Below are positions 54,386 through 64,000 of a stretch of 64,000 bases of DNA, in pieces. Position 1 is the first letter of the stretch. Every line of letters starts with the position of its first letter. The notes beneath the pieces were generated by a model that saw only the letters and a list, made by a program, of their open reading frames with translations, did no database searches and was not told the DNA's origin. The stretch is from positions 75,702,001 through 75,766,000 of the forward strand of contig NC_043006.1 of NCBI RefSeq assembly GCF_006345805.1. Direction: 5' to 3'. The stretch is from Octopus sinensis (taxonomy: Eukaryota). The translations under genes were made by a program, and so were the position numbers.

Positions 54386-55025
54386 TATTTCTTTACTGCC
54401 CAGAAGGGGCTATACATAGAGGGGACAAACAAGGACAGACGAAGGGATTGAGTCGATTATATCGACCCCAGTGCGAAACTGGTACTTTATTTATCGACCC
54501 CGAAAGGATGAAAGGCAAAGTTGACCTCGGCGGAATTTGAACTCAGAACGTAACGACAGACGAAATACAGCTAAGCACTTCGCCCGTATCTATTTCTTTA
54601 CTGCCCAGAAGGGGCTAAACATAGAGGAGACAAACAAGGACAGACGAAGGGATTGAGTCGATTATATCGACCCCAGTGCGAAACTGGTACTTATTTATCG
54701 TCCCCGAAAGGATGAAAGGCAAAGTTGACCTCGGCGGAATTTGAACTCAGAACGTAACGACAGACGAAATACAGCTAAGCACTTCGCCCGTATCTATTTC
54801 TTTACTGCCCAGAAGGGGCTAAACATAGAGGGGACAAACAAGGACAGACGAAGGGATTGAGTCGATTATATCGACCCCAGTGCGAAACTGGTACTTTATT
54901 TATCGTCCCCGAAAGGATGAAAGGCAAAGTTGACCTCGGCGGAATTTGAACTCAGAACGTAATGACAGACGAAATACAGCTAAGCACTTCGCCCGGCGCG
55001 CTAACGTGTCTGCCAGCTCGCCGCC
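54386..55025 (-). mobile_element. Young SINE family A trimer with 15-bp TSD
   Basis: Near-identical units of 205/204/205 bp starting at 54381, 54586 and 54790, with a single head at 54995-55025. taaacagaacgtatc occurs at 54371-54385 and 55026-55040. Confidence 0.95.
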
Positions 55026-55682
55026 TAAACAGAACGTATCGTCACCGATTCATAGTCTCCTGTTACTGACGTTTATGTAAAGTGTCAGGTTTATTATAGC
55101 ATGTCGTTGTGTTACATTTTATAACTTAGTGCAGATACGATTTTCATATACACATCTATTCGAAACTACTGTGTAACTACAACTGCTAGCTTTATATCAA
55201 TACGTAAACAAGTTTATTTCTGTAATACATTTTCTTTTGATAACTTCATTTGTTTGCAGATGAGGTTAGCGACTCTGATTGAACCGTGATAAAAGATGGA
55301 AACTATATTCTCTTATTCTTCAACCTTAACCACCTAAGTTTCTATGATTCGCCCACAGGTTATAATGTCCCAGCGATACTAAATATATATCGATTAAATA
55401 CGCATATAGAATTTCTATATAGTCATATATACATGTATGTGTAAGAGTGTGTAGCTATTCATGAACTAAATTTTCTTCAACTGATTTTCCACGAGACAAA
55501 CCTATTATTCAAGACATTTGCAATGAAATACAGGCATTCCTATTCCTCACCATTTTAAAATAATCCTGCAATATATGTGAATTATATTTCAAGCTTCGTT
55601 GAATCTTGTTTGTGCGCCAACATACATGCTTCGTACTACTCAAAAGTATTATCCGAAGAACAGGATAAAGGTAAATATCTTC

Positions 55683-56106
55683 CTTTTATTTATTTCTGTC
55701 ATTAGACTGCGGCTATGCTGGGGCACCGCCTTGAAGAATTTTAGTCAAATGAATCGACCCCAGTTCCTTATATTTCATTTTGAAGCCAGGTACTTATTCT
55801 ATCAGCTTCTCTTATGGAACCGCTAGGTTACGCAGATGTAAACAAACCGACAGCGAGTGTCAAGCGGGGTGGGGGTTCAAATACAGATGCACAGACACAC
55901 GCACGCACACACGCACACACACACGCACACACTCACACACTACGGGTCTCTTTTAGTTTCTGTCTAGGAAACCCATCCACAAGGTTTTGACAGGTTCGAG
56001 AAAATAGCCGGCCCGCGAAGACACTTGCCCATTGTTTCATGCAGTAGGACTGAACCCGGAACCATGTGTTTGGGAAGCAAGCTTCTTAACACACAACCAC
56101 ACATGC
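55683..56106 (-). mobile_element. SINE family B, diverged
   Basis: gcggctatgctggggcaccgcc..gacacttgccc..ggactgaacccggaaccatg. Confidence 0.85.
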
Positions 56107-56308
56107 AACTATTTTCTGTACTGCAATATTGTAAATATATAAAAAAGAAAACAAGAAAAATGTGAAGGTGTGTAAGATGGCACGAGGAAGTATGTAAATG
56201 GATAATTTTTCTCAGGAGATTAATATGTGATAAATTTTAAGATATATTTTCTTTACAGAATCATTAAAAATATTGTCTTACTGTATCGTGTATTTAAAGC
56301 AGCAACGA

Positions 56309-56722
56309 GTTTTACTCTTATACTCTTTCACTTGTTTCAGTCATTTGACTGCGGCCATGCTGGAGCACCGCCTTTAGTCGAGGAAATCGACCCCAGGACT
56401 TATTCTTTGGAAGCCTAGTACTTATTCTATCGGTGTCTTTTGCCGAACCGCTAAGGTACGGGGACTTAAACACACCACCATCGGTTGTCAAACGATGTTG
56501 GGGGACAAACACAGACACAGACACACACACACATACACACACACACATACATACATATAAACGTCCAGCTTCTTTCAGTTTCCGTCTACTAAATCCACTC
56601 ACAAGGATTTGGTCGGCCCGAGGCTATAGTAGAAGACGCTTGCCCAAGGCTCCACGCAGTGGGAGTGAACCCGGAACCATGTGGCTGGTAAGCAAGCTAC
56701 TTACCACATAGCCAATCCTGTA
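56309..56722 (-). mobile_element. SINE family B
   Basis: Near-consensus, full-length copy. Confidence 0.9.
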
Positions 56723-56739
56723 CCTTTTTGTTAATAAAG

Positions 56740-56945
56740 ATTTCAAATTTTGGCAAAGGCCAACGATTTCAGGTGGATTGAGGTGGTAAATCGATTCCAT
56801 CGATACCACTGCTCAACTGATACCTATCTTATTGACTCCGAAAGGATGAAAGACAAAGATGACCACGGCGAAATTTGAACTCAGACCGTAAAGACGGACG
56901 AAATGTCGCTAAGCGGTGTGATAACGATTCTGCCAGTTCCCGTCC
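56740..56945 (-). mobile_element. SINE family A (tail 2), diverged
   Basis: ccgaaaggatgaaagacaaag..gaaatttgaactcag..ctgccag. Confidence 0.8.
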
Positions 56946-57020
56946 TAATGAACTGTAATTTGAAAGGATAAAAACAGTAACTATCAAATGCAGACAGCAT
57001 ATAAGCAAGGAAGAAAATAT

Positions 57021-57248
57021 TTACTCTTTTACTCTTTTACTTGTTTCAGTCATTTGACTGCGGCCATGCTGGGGCACCGCCTTTTAGTCGAGCAAATCGA
57101 CCCCAGGACTTATTCTTTGTAATCCTAGTACTTATTCTATCGGTCTGTTTTGCCGAACCGCTAAGTAACGGGGGCGTAAACATACCAGCATCGGTTGTCA
57201 AGCGATGTTGGGGGGACAAACACAGACACACACACACACACACACACA

Positions 57249-57289
<41 letters not shown>

Positions 57290-57442
57290 CGACAGACTTC
57301 TTTCAGTTTCCGTCTACTAAATCCACTCACAAGGCTTTGGTCGGCCCGAGGCTATAGTAGAAGACACTTTCCCAAGGTGCCACGCAGTGGGACTGAACCC
57401 GGAACCGTGTGGCTGGTAAGCAAGCTACTTACCACACAGCCA
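57021..57442 (-). mobile_element. SINE family B
   Basis: Near-consensus, full-length copy. Confidence 0.9.
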
Positions 57443-58144
57443 ATTATCTACAAAAATATATCATTCCAATAATGGTCTTTAATGTAGGAAGAACGACAGT
57501 AATTTTGTGGTGTTATTAGAGTTAGTCGATACCATCGACCGTAGTATTCGACTGGTACATTATGTTATAGATCTTTTGGTTGGTGGAAGCACAAGATGAC
57601 ATCGTTAGCCTTTGAGCTGAGGACACAAAGGGCCGGCCGGAAGAAATAGCGTTCGGCATTTGTCCAACGCTTTAACGATTTTGAGAGTACACGGTCTACA
57701 TTCATGTCTATATGAGAAAAGCTGATATAAATGCTGATCTGTTGGCTGGTTGCCTCTCCAGTCAAGTTTTATACCAGATACAGAGAGGGGAAAGAGAGGA
57801 AAAGAGAGAGACAGGGCGAGTTAGCTTAAGAAGATAAAGTCAATAGGGGAACACTGAAAATGACAAGCAGTGGTAAGGTAATGTAAAAGATAATAAAACT
57901 TACATAGGCGAGCGATGCCAAATGGATGACACAGCGCGCGCGTATACATATACGCACGCACACACACACACACACACGCACACACACGCACACACACACA
58001 CAAACACATACTCACACACTCTGAAAGAAATATAACTGCAGTTTAAGTACAATAAATTTGGCAAACAGTTTGCAGGTAGCGGTGTAGAAATAGTAGATTT
58101 ACTCAGTTCTCTTGCTCTTTCTTTCTCACTCTCTCTCTCTTTGT

Positions 58145-58189
<45 letters not shown>

Positions 58190-58192
<3 letters not shown>

Positions 58193-58384
58193 CATTCGCC
58201 ATGATAGTTCGCTAGCCATTACACATTCTTTATTTTCTCTCCATGTTTCTGTGTTCCTTTCTGTGGAAGAGCGCGGGCTCGAAACGTTATAGAATTTTTC
58301 ACTTCCCGAGCGTTATACTAATACATCTGCTTGTTGTCTACACCACTTGTCTTCGTGTTTTTTCTGGGTTTTTTTATGAATTCT

Positions 58385-58390
<6 letters not shown>
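58190..58390 (+). mobile_element. Penelope-like terminal repeat fragment with hammerhead variant
   Basis: CTGTGGA-a-gagc-gcgg-gctc-GAAA-cg-TTA at ~58261-58289. Downstream sequence matches 50710-50790. Confidence 0.6.
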
Positions 58391-58444
<54 letters not shown>

Positions 58445-58490
58445 GTTCATATGCGCATGTCCGTTTTTTGTATATACATGCATGTATGTA

Positions 58491-59784
58491 CGAGGGACGT
58501 TCAATAAGTAATGCCCCTGACCCACTTGCAGTTGTTTGATCCAGCTAAAATTTTGTATGTGCAATTATTCATATCTCCACAGATTAAGTGATAAACTACA
58601 GCCTTGAACTAATTGTGGTTTCTGATTTACAGGAGTTTGAAATGAGTCAAGTGTGAAATGGAGCCTGTTGAGTGTCGAACAGTGATCCGGTTTTTGTATT
58701 TGAAAGGACGCACACCAAGGGAGACTTTTAATGAAATGAAAGTAACTTATGGTGATGATGCCCCATCATATGACCTTGTAAAACGCTGGCATCGTAAATT
58801 CAAACATGGTCGGAACTCTGTGGAAAAAGCTCCCAGATCTGGTCGCTCCCCTTCTGCCATTGATGAGGTATCTGTCTGTCAAGTTGAGGCTGCCATTTTG
58901 GAAGATCGATACATAACTATTCGCCAAATAGCCCATGAGGTCAAGATTAGTACCAGGTCTGTGGAAACTATCATTCATGATTATTTGCATATGCAAAAGG
59001 TGTCTGCCAGATGGATTCCCAGGTTGCTCACACCTTTCCAGAAGCAAGAACGCGTCGAGTGCTCGAGGATGAATTTGGAGATGGGTCAAGAAGATGAGTC
59101 AAATTTTTTCAAAAGTCTGATTACACAGGATGAAACCTGGGTCCATCACTATGATCCAGATACCAAAGCCCAGTCAATGCAGTGGAAGCACCGTGACTCA
59201 CCTCCTCCAAAGAAGGCAAGGGTGCAACCCTCCGCTGGCAAGGTCATGCTCATAGTCTTCTGGGACCAGGACGGAGTAGTGATGACAGATTTCCTGGCAA
59301 AAGGTACCATAATTACAGGAGCCTATTATGCTTCACTTTTGAAGAAATTAAGAGAAGCTATCAAAATCAAGAGGCGGGGCAAGATCAGCAAAGGCATCTT
59401 CCTCCTGTAGGACAACGTTCCGGTCCACAACTCGCGTATCACCAGATCAGAAGCACAGGCGTACGGCTATGAACTCCTACCCCATCCCCTCATCTCTCCT
59501 GACCTTGCACCCTCTGATTCTCACCTCTTCCCAGCCATGAAATTGTTTTTGAAAGGAAAGCGTTTCCCAGATGATGCAGCCTTGATTTCTGAAGTCACGT
59601 CGTGGTTGGAGGACCAAGCTGGGGGTCTTCTCTAAAAACGGTCTCCAGAGCTGCATCAAACGATGGGAGAAATGCGTAACTCTGTGTGGTTCCTATGTAG
59701 AAAAAGACTAATAACTGTGCCACGTTTCGTTGCTCTACTGCTATGGGAAGTGGGTCAGGGGCATTACTTATTGAACGCCCCTCG
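58491..59784 (+). mobile_element. Full-length mariner transposon (1294 bp, DD34D)
   Basis: TA flanks. 37-bp TIRs with one mismatch (cgaggg[a/g]cgttcaataagtaatgcccctgacccactt). Confidence 0.97.
58658..59711 (+). pseudogene. Mariner transposase with one nonsense codon and one frameshift
   Basis: WIPRLLT and ITQDETWV motifs; TAG at 59408-59410 directly before DNVPVH; 34 residues to the D of SPDLAPSD; an extra G in a G-run near 59621-59625; ends RWEKCVTLCGSYVEKD*. Confidence 0.95.
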
Positions 59785-60207
59785 TATGTATGTATGTATG
59801 TATGTATCTATCTATCTGTATATATATATATATATATAAATATATATATATACACACACACACGTATATATGTATGTATTTTATGTATTTCCATTTGATA
59901 ATAATCGATATAAATGTTACTCGGTACGTTGATTGTTCTCTTCACACACGCTTTACAACGTAGAAAGAAAAATGAGAGAGAAAGAGAGAGTAAAAGAGAG
60001 AGAGAGAGAGAGTTAAACAAGAGATGCATGATAGGTGCACATACTAGGCTTATTGGCAGGCATGATTTGATGTAACGTTATGCATACATAGTGAGAGAAA
60101 AAGAATCATAGAGAGAAAAATGGGAAGTAGGAGTTGAGAGTAAATGACAGAGTAGGTAGCTGCATCTGAAAAATGGTCGGTAATGGTGAATATTTATTGT
60201 AATGAAT

Positions 60208-60787
60208 ATTCTTTTCTAGGCACAAGGCCCGAATTTCTTTGGGGGTCGGGGCAGTAGATTACATCGACTCCAGTACGCAACTGGTACTTACTTTATCGAC
60301 CTCGAAGGTATGAAAGGCAAAGTCGACCTCGGTGGAATTTGAACTCAGAACGAAAAGACAGACGAAATACCTACTTCTTTACTACCCACAAGGGGCTAAA
60401 CACAGAGAGGACAAACAAGGTCAGACAAACGGATTAAGTCGATTATATCGACCCCAATGCATAACTTGTACTTAATTTATCGACCCCGAAGGGATGAAAG
60501 GCAAAGTCGACCTCGGTGGAATCTGAACTCAGAACGTAGCGGCAGACTAAATACCTACTTCTTTACTACCCACAAGGGGCTAAACACAGAGAGGACAAAC
60601 GAGGACAGACAGGCGGATTAAGTCGATTATATCGACCCCAGTGCGTAACTGGTACTTATTTAATCGACCCCGAAAGTATGAAAGACAAAGTCGACCTCAG
60701 CGAAATTTGAACTCAGAACGTAACGGCAGACAAAATACTGCTACGCATTTCACCCGGCGTGCTAACGTTTCTACCAGCTCTCCGCCT
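60208..60787 (-). mobile_element. SINE family A trimer (tail1-tail1-tail2)
   Basis: Head at ~60760-60787, two tail-1 units, and a terminal unit ending ggccttgtgcctagaaaag. Confidence 0.9.
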
Positions 60788-61929
60788 TATCGTGGTTAGT
60801 TGAGTAAGTTGGTTTTGCCTGAATCACAAGGACATTCACTAACTTAAGATGTTAGAGCAAATTCTTCCAAATAAATGTCTCACTGCAGTTGCTGCAATGA
60901 TATTATTACCACGGGTAGTATCAGGATATATGATATACATAAAACACTAACTTATCTTTATCAAGTTACTCGTTGTGACAAAAGAATACTTCTAAACTTT
61001 ATAATACTAAAACTTTGATTAAACGAAAACATAAAATTTCACTACAGAATCCAAAAGAAAATAATGGAATTTGCTATTTTTGCCCGACTATTTCGATTAC
61101 TTATTCAAAATCAGTATATTAAATTTCATGCCGACACTAAGTATACCACTGAGATAATTCACATGCGTCAGCATTCTGCAGAGACGATACACAGCATCTT
61201 CAGTATTTGATGTTGATGTTTCTTTGTTAACAACTGATTCCTAACTATACATACAAATAGTTTTTTTTTTTTACTCTTCAACAGAAACACTTTTTGAGAA
61301 TATAATCTTTAATGAACTTGAATGTTATTCTGTCATTAACGATTTGGCAGTGAATTATTCTATATCTTCTGAGTGCTAAGTTTTGTTATTGCAGACTCAA
61401 TGAAGCATGGATAGTCTCAATGGATTTCTCCTCCAGACATAAATATCTAACGAAGCTATTGTTCAGAAAGCTGAAGCGTAAATTGCATGAAAGAAATAGC
61501 GTAGTGTAGTTTAGCATTTACAACATATCACATTATATTTTCGCATATAAACGTGTAAATATGCACAACTACATATCTACAAAATTATAAATTACAGTCA
61601 CACGCATACACATAGACACACATAGCCACACACACACACAATGCTCACACCCACGCTCAGAAACACATATTGGAATTTGACTTTTAGTAAATCAACTGAG
61701 TTGATGAAGATAGGATTGCGCCAGGGATATAGGGAAAATTGGATGAAAGCCCGCCACAGCTTCGTTGAAGCCGCCCGGAAGACTAGCTATAACACCATCA
61801 GCAATCATGATTGACACTTCATGCTGGTCGAGCAATGCCCTCTCAAAATTGAATGGCCACTTAAGAAAAAGGAAATGATTAGAGTTTATCGTCTTCTTTG
61901 CTTCAGACTAATTGATAATAATAATAATC

Positions 61930-62861
61930 CTTACTACTATAGGCACAAAGCCTGGATGTTTGTGGGGAGGGAGACAATACATCATATCGACACCAGTACT
62001 TGACTGGTACTTTATCGACTCCGAAAGGATGAAAGGCAAAGTCTCTGAAAGGATGAAAAGCGAAATTTGAGCTCGGACGAAATACATATTTCTTTACTAC
62101 CCACAAGGGGCTAAACACAGAGAGAACAAACAAGGAGAGACAAACGGATTAAGTTGATTATATCAACTCCAGTGCGTAACTGGTACTTATTTAATCGATT
62201 CCGAAAGGATGAATGGCAAAGTCGACCTCGGCGGAATTTGAACTCTGAACGTAGCGGCAGACGAAATACTTATTTCTTTCCTACCCGCAAGGGGCTAAAC
62301 ACAGAGAGGACAAACAAGGTCAAACAAACGGATTAAATCAATTATATCGATACCAGTGCGTAACTGGTACTTGTTTAATCGACCACGAAAGGATGAAAGG
62401 CAAAGTCGACCTCGGCGGAATTTAAACTCAGTGGGTGACAACCATTAATACCTATTTCAGCGCCAGAAAACTTTGTTGACAAAGAACAGCAGAAATTGTA
62501 TTCACCTCAATAGAGGTCATTGATTGGTTGAAATTGCCGAAATGCAAGAAATCTAACAAGAAATTGCTTACAAACTACAGAATTTTCTCAAGAAAGCCAA
62601 GAGAAAAAGATGTTTTATGTAACACATTCTACCAGTATACAAAGTTTAAAAGTGTTTAGTTACAAAGAAATTATTTTAAAATTCCGCCGGTCAAAGTTAA
62701 AAAAATCCTCAGTGCGTCACTGGTACTTAATTTATCGACTCCGAAAGGATGAAAGGCAAAGTCGACCTCGGCGGCGGAATTTGAACTCAGAACGCAGCGG
62801 CGGACGAAATACCACAAAGTATTTCGCCCGGCGTGCTAACGTCTCTGCCAGCTCGCCGCCT
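61930..62861 (-). mobile_element. SINE family A array interrupted by an unclassified repeat (62434-62707)
   Basis: Head unit at 62708-62861; further units at 61930-62431, ending in tail 2. Confidence 0.85.
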
Positions 62862-63190
<329 letters not shown>

Positions 63191-63299
63191 TAAAATAGAC
63201 CCTCGTCGAGTATTTTAGAATATCAGTTGAAAGACTGATAAATGTAGTTATTATAAGGTGGACTGTAAAATGGGGGACACATAAGTGGCGGTATGAAGA

Positions 63300-63580
63300 A
63301 AATAGGGAAGGAATAAAGTATACAATTGTGAGAAAAGGAAATGTCGCATAGAAGAATTATTGGGAATATAGAAGAAATAAGAAGTATTAAATCTTGGAAG
63401 TGGTTAGAAAAAGGGTTTTTGAAGAAGGAAGTAGAACGATTGATATCTGCATCAAACGATAAATCTCTCGGTAGGATTTGAATAAAGAAATATATTGACA
63501 TGGAAGATGAATCAGAGAAGTGTGAAATGTGCGATGAAAAGAATGGGTCAATTTTCCCATGTAACATCAGAATACGACAC
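63300..63580 (+). mobile_element. R4/Dong-like (RLE) LINE C-terminal remnant
   Basis: Plus strand SWKWLEKGFLKKEVERLISASNDKSL..IKKYID..SEKCEMCDEK matches the WxWLxxGxLKxETE..AAQDQAL..KCRxC region before the RLE domain. Confidence 0.75.
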
Positions 63581-63884
63581 GCAGGCGTGGGTGTGTGTGA
63601 TGTGAAGTTTGCTTGTCTGCTCAAAGCCTCGTGAATCGATGTGGTGGACGCGAACTCGTCGTGTGTATATTCTTTTATGCTCGTATACGTTTCAACCCTA
63701 AAGCTGTGCCCATACTGGAGCAACGCTTGTATATATGTATATATATGTGTGTGTGTGGGTGTGTGTGGGTGTATAACTATTATAATATAATATAACTATC
63801 ATAACTATTATATTATATATGTGTGTGTATACATATATATATTCACACTTATATAAATTTTATATATACATGTGTGCCTTTATA

Positions 63885-64000
63885 ATTGTGTTTGTCCTCC
63901 CATCACCACTTGACAACCGGTGTTGGTGTGTTTAATGTCTATGTTCCCCGTAACTTAGCAGTTCGGGAAAGGTGACCGATTGAATAAATACGGGGCTTAC
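63885..64000 (+). mobile_element. SINE family B 3' half (runs off the window)
   Basis: tttgtcc..cttgacaaccggtgttggtgtgttt..ccccgtaacttagcagttcgg. Confidence 0.8.

Noticed and set aside
62427-62714. ctcagtg direct repeat as the TSD of the 62434-62707 insert
   Set aside because: The two copies correspond to different positions of the SINE unit, so chance microhomology is as likely as a TSD.

Overview
This is an AT-rich, microsatellite-saturated eukaryotic window. The SINE families and repeat landscape suggest a cephalopod (Octopus-like) genome; this is inferred from recall, not from a search. No intact host protein-coding gene is supportable, and nearly all listed ORFs are microsatellite artefacts or antisense frames of transposons. 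The window is a mosaic of mobile DNA: a near-complete DD34D mariner (58491-59784), a decayed Tc1, several mariner/Tc1 remnants and a MITE, a non-autonomous Helitron, fragments of RTE, CR1-like and R4/Dong-like LINEs, Penelope-like RT/GIY-YIG remnants with direct/inverted terminal repeats, and at least three tRNA-derived SINE families, one of which forms multimers. Three observations stand out. (1) A cluster of 2-3 diverged gag/ORF1-only retro-elements with a CCHC knuckle and no ORF2 (29-33.3 kb); one ends in the same ~45-bp 3' tail as the multimer-forming SINE. (2) About eight minimal type-I hammerhead ribozyme motifs with palindromic stem III, one inside a 370-bp element with long inverted ends. 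(3) SINE trimers enclosed by a single target-site duplication.
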